In this document: positions 41,101-48,181 of the stretch, piece after piece
How the letters are laid out: each line of letters opens with the position of its first letter
Position numbering within the stretch: the stretch's first letter is position 1
IMG/VR virus record: IMGVR_UViG_3300027749_000095
Coordinates: 8,200 to 72,199 of that record
Direction: 5' to 3' (one strand)
Source: a virus
Length of the DNA stretch: 64,000 nt
Program-made: the position numbers and the translations under genes
The notes under the pieces: model-generated
The model's database searches: none
Told to the model about the DNA's origin: nothing
What the model saw: only the letters and a program-made list of their open reading frames with translations

Positions 41101-42443
41101 GTATCAATTAGCGTAACATTAGTTTTTGCTTGGTGTCCAAAATTAAATAATTTTAGTCCGGCATCAAATTCAATGATAGGGCGGATTGCACGGGCGGATT
41201 GGTCAAGAGTGGGTACTTGTCCTAATGCTATCGATGCGGCCGTAATTACATCTTGATGGAACCATCTATTGTATCGGCTCCACTGATTTCTATCCGGACT
41301 ACCGCGAGCAACTAAGATATAATCTTTATTCTGTGGAAAGGAGGTTGCTGTACTAAATGGACTTTGGTCGAAAGCATCGTCGTCAAATAATAATGCTTTT
41401 TCTTGCGAGTAGCTGCTGATAATTTCTACGTCAGCTTCAGAAACCAATCGAATTGCAGTACCCACTCCTTCTACATACCAATAACCTGATGCATAATTTA
41501 TAGGATAAATGTTGCCTGTAAATTTTAACTTCATTCCGTTTGATAGCGGCATTCCACTGCTCATAGTATACGTCTTCTTACCTAATACGTCAGCATCAAT
41601 ATTCAAGTAAGTATTATCATCAATGTCTAATACATGGAATACTCCCCCAGTATCTACACTATTCTCACTAACATAATATAATACGTCGGGCGCATTGACT
41701 CCGACTGTGAATGTTATTGTTCCAGACTCTACTGCACTACCAGATACCCCGATTGTATATCTTTCAAGATTTCCAGAAACTCTAGTAGTTTTAATACTAA
41801 AGGGATTGCCCGGCGAATTAATAACAAACGTGTATGTTTGTCCTCTATATAATGTCAATGTAGGATTGCGAGTTAGTCCGTCAGGAGAGAATAGAAATGC
41901 ATAATTATCCGACTCGTCAACTGCGTCAACTGTATATGTACTTTCTATGGCTAGCTGTTGTCCGGCAACTTCAATGGGCAGTGGACCGTAAGGTAACCAG
42001 TAGTATTGTTGATAATTGACAAACTTATCCCAATTCATATGCGGATTCCACGAGTATGATTCTTGGCTGTTTAGCCGCTCGTGGTTTGACACATTGCCAC
42101 CAAATACGTCAACATGATTTATATGATCAATGTAATCTTTATAAAAATTAGTATTTCCAAGATAATCTTGAATAACTGCAACTGGTTCTAGTTGATAATT
42201 TTGACGAGCAGTGTCAGTGGCTGTTACAAAAATATCAGCAGATGTTACTGCTTTTGCATTTTGACGTCCAATATATCCATTAACTTTTTTAACAGTACCC
42301 GGTTGAGTAAGCTGATCTAATGTTGCCTGTAAAAACTTTTTGTTACTATCTGTTCTAAAAATTCGTGGCAGTAAACTAGCAGAATCTCTGTTATCTTTAC
42401 CCGATAATGGAAGACCTGATTCGTTTTGATCGTTATTTGCCAT
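29160..42443 (-). CDS. giant (4427 aa) baseplate wedge / virion protein
   Basis: Continuous ORF after the gp6-like gene; FG-GAP-like propeller repeats (FGSESALSADG, FGESIAIS), GGSGY/GYGY repeats, Ig-like modules. Confidence 0.75.
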   Translation of the reverse strand: MANNDQNESGLPLSGKDNRDSASLLPRIFRTDSNKKFLQATLDQLTQPGTVKKVNGYIGRQNAKAVTSADIFVTATDTARQNYQLEPVAVIQDYLGNTNFYKDYIDHINHVDVFGGNVSNHERLNSQESYSWNPHMNWDKFVNYQQYYWLPYGPLPIEVAGQQLAIESTYTVDAVDESDNYAFLFSPDGLTRNPTLTLYRGQTYTFVINSPGNPFSIKTTRVSGNLERYTIGVSGSAVESGTITFTVGVNAPDVLYYVSENSVDTGGVFHVLDIDDNTYLNIDADVLGKKTYTMSSGMPLSNGMKLKFTGNIYPINYASGYWYVEGVGTAIRLVSEADVEIISSYSQEKALLFDDDAFDQSPFSTATSFPQNKDYILVARGSPDRNQWSRYNRWFHQDVITAASIALGQVPTLDQSARAIRPIIEFDAGLKLFNFGHQAKTNVTLIDTFTTDAFSSIEGKLGYNIDGVDLASGMRVLFAADTDSLVKDRIFDINFVNVTVPGRQIGFYALLGIDPITDIITIEINTLTGEIGHGLTTGNQVLYLNNGNTSISGLTNRKAYYVSVVNSTQIKLYVDKNLTVTADIFATGSDVHKLEVFAGARRQINLVEAADSIPLENETVLVEQGLVNQGLMYWYTGTAWKLGQKKTLVNQSPLFDVFDSDGTSYGNALVYDGTTFTGNKIFSYKLGTGTNDSELGFPLAYQNINNIGDIAFEFTLLSDSFNYKSVVDIITKKTDVGFLKSVTSLTVFDYVNGWKTTEITHLQPIIRIFKESGLVNNFPIDVYSNVDDLDDLEVRVYINGKRLARSAYTIATGNIRKYVLLTTAVATTDVITLKCLAAQQKNDNGYYEIPVNLQNNPLNDNLSEFTLGQVIDHVDSIIDNITTFVGTYPGTGNLRDIGNITPSGTRFIQHSGPVNLSLYHLGSSTANVFKALEQARDDYSKFKRAFIVTASSLGIDTDPQRHVDFVLAELAKDKSTSRPYYLSDMYGYSASTLLEYTVLDARTKVYPLTTAFNLTVLSNKSVNIYLNEVQLIEGIDYVFGTDVFFEILTDLVDGDTIVAVEYESTDGSFCPATPTKLGLYPKFVPSKFIDTTYAEPTEVIQGHDGSITIAFGDYRDDLILELEKRIFNNIKVQYDSTIFNIYDHIPGYDRVTTYSKEEFEDILGTFFYQWTTNVGTDYAKQNAEWWDRLNPFTFNYRGNYTPDGVSVPAFWRGIYRWVLDTDRPHTHPWECLGFSIQPKWWKEVYGPIPYTSDNLIMWDDIRQGIVKEPGRPIRRLEKFAKSILAKGVPVDNAGNLQNPVDANFVNGTIKPTAEGYYTFGDVGPVESAWRRSGHYPFAVIQAALLLQPNKVLGTCLDRSRIVRNLSGQFVYADTGLRIRLADIVLPSTTLSSTRVLTSGLINYIIDFMTNDTSVLINQYQTDLDSLTNNLGVKLGGFTAKSKFKLLLDSKSPTSTGGVFVPEENYTVFLNTSSAVKKVVYSAVVITKHPDGFEITGYYNEQPYFNYHPWMDSGRTINVGGISDSYIIWSAGKQYASGIIVNYNNQFYRVNITHTATDTFDSTLFSKLARLPVSGGRDANIRKAWDITTKLTLGYGTKLSTVQDVVDFLQGYGAYLTDQGFVFNDFNTELKSITNWETAVKEFMFWTTQNWGAGAVLSLSPSANRLSIVTTNSVVNDLLDPFFGYKIFRVDGQKLEPEFTNTYRNSEANEFSITPSNTTHGIYGAVFFMIQKEHALILDNTTLFNDVIYDLEPGYRQERIKVIGYVSQNWKGGFNIPGFIFDQAKINDWTPWVDYKLGDIVKYKEFYYSALSTLPGAQQFAAADWAILAEKPTSKMVANWDYRTEQFTDFYDLDTDNFDAEQQKFAQHLIGYQKRQYLENIIKDDVSQYKFYQGMIIEKGTQNVLNKLFDVLSADGMESLTFNEEWAVRVGDYGAVTAFAETEFMLDESKFKVNPQPVELVSAIDPTVIDFVYRQRPSDVYIKPLDYNNNIWTVTGTKQYLRTPGFVRYDDVKLSVDELSDAVQYDISTFIEGDYVWCAFENKLNSFNEKWNVYRFTNSVFNVEDVTYAAGVLSITCDRIPNITPGDILGIENNELVKGFHSVYSVELRTINIKVTVAGWEAPVDSTQISLYQFLPCLFDNIENANDNLPTVIKPGELLWAKDSGNGNWGVYENTKVYGVSKIDLATVPDITGLNFGKKVTLSQSGITAIVTDADQVIIFEKYYSTSTTYNWIQNQSIVIDTSIADIAAQEFGSESALSADGKWLAIAAPYASNVDSSGLDNQGYVSLYYNTPGTGYVFVEYIISQTPDDDELFGSKLAFAKNGNTYILAISALDKVYFYQVTTGTWANYVTALPIIDVYNIAISATGNMFVAAAPIANDSAGDVYVYQIGETGYDLFDTLSGAIGNRFGESIAISQSADYIAIGSSLVDVTEVDQGAVYIYTLDPTQYTLYQSIVSPAKERGEQFGAAVYFTNNDTTLVVLAKRGDLNRIGTVDVYTRLLEGAEAVHGSRYINDPASPLRNSPTTFDNNTLRIVNKQVDTGRIDVYDMYGSKFLYGESLDADIVAVNGNGYGASIAAGKDTILVGAPRDNLLVGAVYSYSKAATSTSWELYYQEQPRPNISNVKKAYLYNRVTNSIVTYLDVVDPIQGKIPGPADQEIRYKTYFDPATYSIGSASVNVDSGLNWTKNQIGMLWWDLTRAKFLDNQGGEVVYRSTTWNKLYKTASIDIYEWVETKYLPSEWDKLADTVKGLVTGISGTSRYGDASYSVKNKYDTVGQKLIPTYYFWVKNKTVTPNVAGRTLSADNVSKLIADPIGYGYTCVAPTGVNSFSLVNVNKTVQGTDVVLNFQTWLIDNHEINLHSQWKIISEHGNTTIPKNIENKWIDSLIGKDSNDRVVPDTNLPVKNRYGTEFRPRQGMFINRVEALKQYIEHVNYVLLENLIVDEFDLSDLLLSDPLPSTVSGLWDTTIDFETELKFIGTATLVQARLTAVTENGIITDVLIDNPGYGYNNPPLIKISSSGVGAILTAVLDAVGRIVSVKIQNQGRGYFDDTILSIRPYSVLVLSDTNSFNKWSIYAWNSKDKVWDRSRSQSYDVTKFWNYTDWYATGYTQFTKIDHLVDNTYYLVTLSANIGNIVKVKNIGTGGWLLLEKYNDLTTIDYTQNYKVVGRQNGTIQLSSSIYTFVNSSIGFDNQLFDASLYDNFAAAELRIIITAIKDKIFVDDLRVEYLKLFFSSLRYVLHEQIFIDWAFKTSFVKATHNVGELKEKVTYNNDNLSNFEDYINEVKPYRTKIREYVSLYNKTDYARQSTTDFDLIPLVTNKLTITPMSVTVSNDGSINATSSDILAYPWKHWYDHVGFTIQSIEIFDGGSGYINQPVVRIDGGFGTGAMAKAYISNGKVNRINIVSGGTGYLKAPIITIDGGLSEGGTPATVVAIIESEVVRSNKITIKFDRITRAYYISEKTETETFTGTGSRVQFALKWSPRIEIGSASIKLYPVGIDPDAPGVTGIDILRGEYALTTKKSTSRGYTSYSGLLKLDTAPNVGETIRITYEKNFEHMSAADRINFFYEPSSGMLGKDLAQLMRGIDYDGVQLQGMGFGATGGWDALPWFSDSWDGFDSAFDDRIFTAGAGVYTYDLQYAPAVAEIVNIYVNGNRIDDPDFITYPMAGKPNVVMLPIEGNGSTEIFTIPNTYLTIAAGDKVVFRRSTSDGSVLPQPNEYDTQLQGGAFNGSVLTTATGYAPADINIDGDDFVTATTSHAPEEIVPGHVTDALAIKVFHRPASGAPNILFKNYVGNGINTTFVVGQNFATERAVIVKVGNIVIEQTAYTIDWPSNSVIFDLAPIDNSIVSIISVGFNSDNILDLDYFIADGTTTEYVTRAPWIDSGLSSTVLVNGLVISYELFRTDSTYSSPNRTGIRFGAPVTLNALINYMIDTSTTIQTASVVKSQTITTDGSTTIYDLDNLSPNLLPGSGLQPYETNVIVRKGQEILRPPTVIYFTMADNVLSYAIPSHKFATYTINATDIRVYSASNKLEQGMGYVVDLFGITINISQASYVAGDKLAVVVDLSSDYTITDAGTIEFTDIYPVSTELEIVTFYNHMLLDIDRTTDIFVPSATLTPGTTDYYEFTNKLGGYFTLRRPAVSDDFVWIIKNGTLLTHSVDYVVENDRITVKLKDSLEDTDVVQVMLFTDNVIRTTFGFMQFKDMLNRVHYKRLRADKASILAVELIQSDIEITVVDGSIFSVPNPVLNLPGIIEINGERIEYFTKVGNVLGQLRRGTLGTGTPTVHIVGEVVQDIGPTETIPYTDQIIVDTVVSDGVTTEVGNLTYIPENTNEVDVFVGGYKLKKVAYSLFEELNDQPYSLEGDSTFPAEFSIGGIDNSVTLTTAAADNTKVVIVKKIGKEWGDAGKSLANSDNKIANFLKENTTVWPR

Positions 42444-45400
42444 TAATAACTCCCACTAGTAATAGACTGTGTACTCAATGTAGATGTTGTCATAGTTATT
42501 GTTCCGCTGCTATTAATTTTACTAGCAGTCACTGCTGATATAATTTCAATATTGTCTATAGTTGCACCGTTAATAAAAATTTGATCTTTTTCAGATCGTA
42601 TTTCATATAAGCTACCAAATGTTAGTGTAGTATCTTTAGGTACTATTAAGAAGTTTACAATATTAGGAGTTAGGCGATTCATTACATACGACGACAATTC
42701 ACTAAAGTAAAAACTATCTCCAAAGTCCCAATTTTCAAGAGCAAAGAATTCATTAATTGCTGCCAATACTCTTGACTTGATATCGTTATCACTGATAACA
42801 ACTTCTGAATTTTTTACAATTTTAAAAGTTGCTTGTACATCCAATGAAGCTTTCTCACCGAATAATACTTTGTATTTTACTGGATGATAAATTAATTCAT
42901 CACTAATAGATTTAATTTTATTAAGATCTGTGGATAGTAATGTATACAAATAATCAGTACTCGGTGCTAGGGGTTCAGTTGTTCGTGATCCTGACAACCA
43001 CTGTCGGTATGTTTTATCGTATTGTTTAGTTAATACAAAAGTATCAATAATGTTTGTTAATCCAGGATCTATGCGAGATTCATAATCTGCATTATGAATA
43101 TATTGAAACTTAATATCTCTTCGGCCATTGTATACCTTGTAATTTAATGATAATGTAAATGTAGATGTACTAGCATTAAGTCTTTTAACAACCATTGCAT
43201 CTTTAAAGTAAAAATATTGGCCGTCTGTATAACTTGATGTTAGTGTTGGCTGAGTGCCTAAAATAATAATTGTATTGCCACTGTTGTCAAAAAGTTTGTA
43301 ATCTTCTTGGCCTTGCGCAATTACATACCTTTCAAGTATTACATATTTTTTATTATCTGTAACTGGGTTAAGCGGGTCTTCTTGATCTATAATTTCTTCA
43401 AACAATTCTGGATTATCAACTACACTGTCATCGTCGGTATCGCTAAAAGTAACTTGAATTTTCTTTGTATCAACATATCCATCTAACCCAGTATACTCTT
43501 CGGTAATTTCCCAATCACGATCATAAGTGAATGAATTAATAAAACCTGGAGGTGCTGTATTAATTCCCAGTACTTTGATTTTGTCTTTTACAATAGTGTT
43601 TGTTCTAGTATCATAAATTTTATCACTTGCGTCAAAGAAGAATCGAATCTGCTTATCGCTTTCAAAGATATATCGTAGTTGTCGAGAAGCAACTGTGTAA
43701 AATTCAGTATCAGTAGTAAACAATATTAACCAGCTTGAATCTAGTTGCTGGTTGGAATTATCTCCTTGCTTACCAAGGTTAAAATTATCTAGAGAATTTA
43801 AATTTACTTCAAATATAATCTTCCAAGTAGCAGTTTCTATATCGTATCGTAATCCAAACGGCTTATTAGAAAATACTAAATCTACCATGGTAGAGATTAC
43901 AGTTGTACTAATTGTAGCTTTCCATGCAGGAATAATTTCAGACAATACTGCACCTTCAGGAACAATATCATTTAATATAATTGTGCCAGATCCGTCATCT
44001 AGGGCGCCTTTGCCGCCGTTGGTTCCGTCGCCCAATACTGATATTACTTTTACCCATAACGTAGTAGTCGAGTTGGCAACCGATGCTGAGCCAAAAGTTT
44101 TTGCATTGTCGTTGGTTCTATCAAAATAGTATCCGGCAGGTGCTGTGAATTTTAATAACGCACCTGCGGCAACAAATCGTAAATTAGTGCTGGTATATGT
44201 TCCAAGTTTATATGGTAATTCAAATTCTCCAATGTACCCTGTTGACTGATTTGTGTCTGTTGTCTTACTATACCAATTAACACTTAATGAGTCGGTGGCA
44301 ATTCTAAAAAACTTAGAGTAATAAAAATCTCGCAATTGATTTGTTTTTAAAGTTTCGTTCAGTTGATTATAAATCATTGCTTCAATATCGGTACGACTAG
44401 TATAGTTAAATCTAAAACTAGATGTAAATTCTTCTTTATAAAGTGCGCCGTCGTCGCCAAACAAATTTGTCTTACTGTACTTTCCAGTGGGATCAATTAA
44501 ATCAAAGTATCGGCTAATGCCGCTGGCACTTCTGTTAACTGCTTTAACTTTAACAACTTCTTGATTAACCCCTAACGGACTTACATTATAATCTTCAGCA
44601 GTAATCATCCTATTTTGTGTGTAATAGGTTGCTGGTGCATTATTTTTAATACTAGTATTTGTTTCAGCTTCTGCAGAATTACTTACGGATGATTGCAAAC
44701 TTAGAGTTAGTGTTAGTGTTTCTGCTTGCCCTACATTAGACACGTAAGGAACCGATATTAATACGTTTTTTACATCGCGAGGATTAATTGTATAGCTAAT
44801 GCTGTTACTTGCGCGATAGTAAACTCTAAATGTACCTCTTGGTAGATTGCCAAAAGTTCCATCACTGAATATTAGACTAATACGATCATTTGATCTAGTA
44901 ATAACATTATAAATATTTTTAATAGACTTGGTTAGACTATTATAGATAATGTTATTACCTTCAAGATTAGGAACTTTGGCCCAATATTCTGATTCAAGAC
45001 TATTTTGATCTAAACGATATAGCCACACATCAGTGTTATTAACATTGACCGCATCAAGGTCAACTGTTTCATTTGTTGCTGGCTGATCAATAGTAAATGT
45101 GCCTTGATTTAATAATCCTTGTCTGAAATGAAGGAAAAATCCGCTGCTAGTACTGCCGGCGCCTCTTCCGTCATTTCTATAAACAAACGCTAATCTATTG
45201 CCAATGGCAGGTGGTTCTTCGTATATTTCTTCTGCGCCTTTAAACGTAGTAGATACTACTTCAAAGGTCATATTTCTTCCGTCAATTGCTTTGGCAAAAC
45301 TGTACACAGGTACATTAATGTTAGACCCTTGGAAGCGATATTGCTCTGTGGAAATGCCGTATATGTCTGCCTTATCGTCGGCATTTCCAAACTGTCGACT

Positions 45401-45898
45401 TGCGGGAAGTGCTGCATTTATAACTTTAATAAACTGATCATACCAGTTAGCGTTAGCTGGATCGTTCCATCCAATTACTTGATTTGTTAAATTTCTGCCG
45501 TTAGAATCAATCACAGTTTGCGTGGTTTGTACTGCTGTAAATTTTAATAGACCAGCTCCTGCAATATTACGTTTTGGGTTATAACTGAGTAATCTTGCTA
45601 GGCGCAATACGCTGTCACGACGTTCTGCTAGTTCTAAAAAGTTCTCGCGAGCATTTAAATCTGTGCGGAAACTGATGCTTTGGCCAAGGAATGCAATTAG
45701 GTCAATTAGGGCCAAATACTCTGAGCTTTCAATGTAATCGTTAAAATCTTCCGGGTAGTTTTCACGGATATAATTAATCATTACTCTTCGAAGATTTTCA
45801 AAGTCGTAGCTTTGGAAATCTGCACTACGAAACGTCTGGTATATACGTTTCCAATCTTCTGCTACCAGTAATCTATTTTGTCGATCAGTTGCTGACAT
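42443..45898 (-). CDS. baseplate wedge protein, T4 gp6-like
   Basis: DFENLR, ARENFLELAERRDSVLRLARLLSYNPKR, TQNRMITAEDY. Confidence 0.85.
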   Translation of the reverse strand: MSATDRQNRLLVAEDWKRIYQTFRSADFQSYDFENLRRVMINYIRENYPEDFNDYIESSEYLALIDLIAFLGQSISFRTDLNARENFLELAERRDSVLRLARLLSYNPKRNIAGAGLLKFTAVQTTQTVIDSNGRNLTNQVIGWNDPANANWYDQFIKVINAALPASRQFGNADDKADIYGISTEQYRFQGSNINVPVYSFAKAIDGRNMTFEVVSTTFKGAEEIYEEPPAIGNRLAFVYRNDGRGAGSTSSGFFLHFRQGLLNQGTFTIDQPATNETVDLDAVNVNNTDVWLYRLDQNSLESEYWAKVPNLEGNNIIYNSLTKSIKNIYNVITRSNDRISLIFSDGTFGNLPRGTFRVYYRASNSISYTINPRDVKNVLISVPYVSNVGQAETLTLTLSLQSSVSNSAEAETNTSIKNNAPATYYTQNRMITAEDYNVSPLGVNQEVVKVKAVNRSASGISRYFDLIDPTGKYSKTNLFGDDGALYKEEFTSSFRFNYTSRTDIEAMIYNQLNETLKTNQLRDFYYSKFFRIATDSLSVNWYSKTTDTNQSTGYIGEFELPYKLGTYTSTNLRFVAAGALLKFTAPAGYYFDRTNDNAKTFGSASVANSTTTLWVKVISVLGDGTNGGKGALDDGSGTIILNDIVPEGAVLSEIIPAWKATISTTVISTMVDLVFSNKPFGLRYDIETATWKIIFEVNLNSLDNFNLGKQGDNSNQQLDSSWLILFTTDTEFYTVASRQLRYIFESDKQIRFFFDASDKIYDTRTNTIVKDKIKVLGINTAPPGFINSFTYDRDWEITEEYTGLDGYVDTKKIQVTFSDTDDDSVVDNPELFEEIIDQEDPLNPVTDNKKYVILERYVIAQGQEDYKLFDNSGNTIIILGTQPTLTSSYTDGQYFYFKDAMVVKRLNASTSTFTLSLNYKVYNGRRDIKFQYIHNADYESRIDPGLTNIIDTFVLTKQYDKTYRQWLSGSRTTEPLAPSTDYLYTLLSTDLNKIKSISDELIYHPVKYKVLFGEKASLDVQATFKIVKNSEVVISDNDIKSRVLAAINEFFALENWDFGDSFYFSELSSYVMNRLTPNIVNFLIVPKDTTLTFGSLYEIRSEKDQIFINGATIDNIEIISAVTASKINSSGTITMTTSTLSTQSITSGSY

Positions 45899-45919
45899 AC
45901 GCCCTTCCCAATTATTGAG

Positions 45920-45925
45920 TATTTA
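45920..45925 (-). promoter_or_regulatory. late promoter TAAATA
   Basis: CTAAATAC in the intergenic gap before the gp6-like gene. Confidence 0.55.
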
Positions 45926-45947
45926 GCGTAGTTTATTATGTGTGTGG

Positions 45948-46391
45948 TTAATTCATAAGTCCATTAGCTTGGTCAAATTTCAGCTGTAAGGACTCTTGTA
46001 TGTAGTATGGAAGATAGGTTAATCTGCATTCAATCTGAAGACCACTTTCATACTGTGTAACAATAACTTGATCGGCTTGGACTCGAGGGTCATAGTTAAT
46101 AATGTCTTCAACATTTTTAGCAACTAACTGTTTGAGATCTTCAGTCAATGGTTCAAATATCACATCCCATATTACTGTACCAAATGTTGGATCATTCAAT
46201 CTCTCACCCTGACGTATATGAAAGTGGTTGAGAATATCCTGCTTAATCAGCGCAAGATCGTATAATGCAAAGCTAGTTGCATCAGGTGATATCGTGCTAA
46301 ATCCTTTGTACGTTTTTGTACCAGGTACATTTTGTTGAGTTTTATTGCCCGTTAAGACAATTTTATCATATAGTTTAGGATTAGCTGACAT
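45948..46391 (-). CDS. baseplate wedge subunit, T4 gp25-like
   Basis: QGERLNDPTFGT, FEP, YDPRV. Confidence 0.85.
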   Translation of the reverse strand: MSANPKLYDKIVLTGNKTQQNVPGTKTYKGFSTISPDATSFALYDLALIKQDILNHFHIRQGERLNDPTFGTVIWDVIFEPLTEDLKQLVAKNVEDIINYDPRVQADQVIVTQYESGLQIECRLTYLPYYIQESLQLKFDQANGLMN

Positions 46392-46396
46392 AATAG

Positions 46397-46402
46397 TATT
46401 TA
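46397..46402 (-). promoter_or_regulatory. late promoter TAAATA, 5 nt before the ATG
   Basis: TAAATA-CTATT-ATG; no SD sequence between box and start. Confidence 0.45.
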
Positions 46403-46408
46403 AGCTCG

Positions 46409-48178
46409 TTATTCTTCTTCTTCTTCGTCGGGACTAAATCTAACAAATGTATCTTCAATCGTAGAGTATTGCTTCCACGCATCTGCAGGACTAATCATTG
46501 TCTCTGAAAAATCTGACTGGTCCGATGTTTGCTCTGCATCAGTATCTTCATATCTATCATCTAGGTCTCTGTCAGTTTCTTCTGGCTTAACTTTTAACGG
46601 ATCTAAGTTTTCATGGTACGGATACGGCTCAAATGTTGGTATGCGTCGCATAATGCTTGGAGGTATGACGTCTTCTACAAACTCACCGGATTCATCTGAT
46701 AGATTATGTAATTTTAAACGTTGAGGCAATTCTGCTTCACTTGCGACACTTGCTTCAGAGGCTGTTGACGCAGTTGGGCCGTTAAAATTTATGTTGCCGC
46801 CAGATACGGTAGTATTGGCTGCTTTGATTTCCGTATTCCCGCCAGAAGTTTGAAAATTGTGCCCGCCAATATTAAAGTCAAAACTTCCGCCCACTTTGTG
46901 TTGATATGCACCGTCAAATACTTTATCTACATCTTCTAATACATGCTGTAAGTAGTTTTGATCGTATAGTTTGTTAACATCTTGTTTAACATGATGTGTA
47001 TAATTTTGTTCATAAGTTTTGTCAACATCTAACTTAACATGAATTTTTTGATTACCGTCAACAATTAAAATCTGGTCTTCAATTACATGGGTATGTTTTT
47101 CGCCACGAACTTTAGTATTAAAATTGCGACCACATTCAATATTGATATCACGATCTGCATAAAAATTTAAATCGTTTTTACTATGTACACTAACACTGTC
47201 CTGTGCAAATATATCTATCTTGCCGTCACTGGTCATTTCAATCCAAGTAGTGCCACGTGCATTACCAATGTAGATCAAATCTTCAGTGTTATGCATTAGG
47301 ATTTGATGCCCTGTGCGAGTTCTAAATCGCATTAACTCATTATGTAATAACGTGGGGTCTCCATCATCTTCTTGATTTTCTACTCTTGCATAGTCCGGAG
47401 GGCCTTCGCTTGCTGTTGTTTTGCGTAAAAATTTATCGTCACCGTCATCCATGACAAAACTACTGCCGCCAAGTCTTGATACAAATGCATTTTGATTTCT
47501 ATATTCGCGTTTACCAACAGCACCAGTTTTTGCGCCGTTTTGTTTATCAAGTGGACCCGGTGTCGAAATTCCAAAGACCATTGACGGCGTTTCTCTTCGA
47601 GCACTGCTTGAAGTAATTCCGCGAGTGTCGTCTTCTAATAATCCTTGATCGTCTAACACAACTTCTTGCGGTGTTGCTGGTTTAGTAATATTAGTTGAGT
47701 CAAGAGTTTCAGCGCCGATAACTTTATTATATTCTGCAACTGGTACTCGTTCTTTATCAGTGGTCCTGGAGTCTTCTACATTGAAAAATGTAGACGCATA
47801 GCCCGGTGTCATAAAATTCATTTTATCATCAAGCACACACCCCATCCAAAACCAGCCCTGTCCTTCAACATAGATAATCATTACAGTAGATCCTACATCC
47901 GGAGGAATCATCCACATACCGTAACTTTTTTGTGTGTTATCGTAAGTGTCTTCGGCATCACTAACATAATCAACGCTAGTAACTCCGTAGAATGGGCTTA
48001 GATATCTTGCTTGTAGTAATTGCCCTTCTGCTGCATCGTCGTTACCAACTTCTCTATATACTTGGACTTCAAGAATGCCCATGTAATTTTTATCGTGGTG
48101 GCTTATAACTTTGGCCAAGAATGGTCCTGGGTCTGTTTTTCTTCCTTCGGATGCAAGTTCTCTTGTATCTTCTGCCAT
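46409..48178 (-). CDS. baseplate hub / central spike protein, gp5/VgrG-like
   Basis: OB-fold segment SYGMWMIPPDVGSTV, RTRTGHQILM, beta-helix repeats, EPYPYHEN. Confidence 0.8.
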   Translation of the reverse strand: MAEDTRELASEGRKTDPGPFLAKVISHHDKNYMGILEVQVYREVGNDDAAEGQLLQARYLSPFYGVTSVDYVSDAEDTYDNTQKSYGMWMIPPDVGSTVMIIYVEGQGWFWMGCVLDDKMNFMTPGYASTFFNVEDSRTTDKERVPVAEYNKVIGAETLDSTNITKPATPQEVVLDDQGLLEDDTRGITSSSARRETPSMVFGISTPGPLDKQNGAKTGAVGKREYRNQNAFVSRLGGSSFVMDDGDDKFLRKTTASEGPPDYARVENQEDDGDPTLLHNELMRFRTRTGHQILMHNTEDLIYIGNARGTTWIEMTSDGKIDIFAQDSVSVHSKNDLNFYADRDINIECGRNFNTKVRGEKHTHVIEDQILIVDGNQKIHVKLDVDKTYEQNYTHHVKQDVNKLYDQNYLQHVLEDVDKVFDGAYQHKVGGSFDFNIGGHNFQTSGGNTEIKAANTTVSGGNINFNGPTASTASEASVASEAELPQRLKLHNLSDESGEFVEDVIPPSIMRRIPTFEPYPYHENLDPLKVKPEETDRDLDDRYEDTDAEQTSDQSDFSETMISPADAWKQYSTIEDTFVRFSPDEEEEE

Positions 48179-48181
48179 AGT

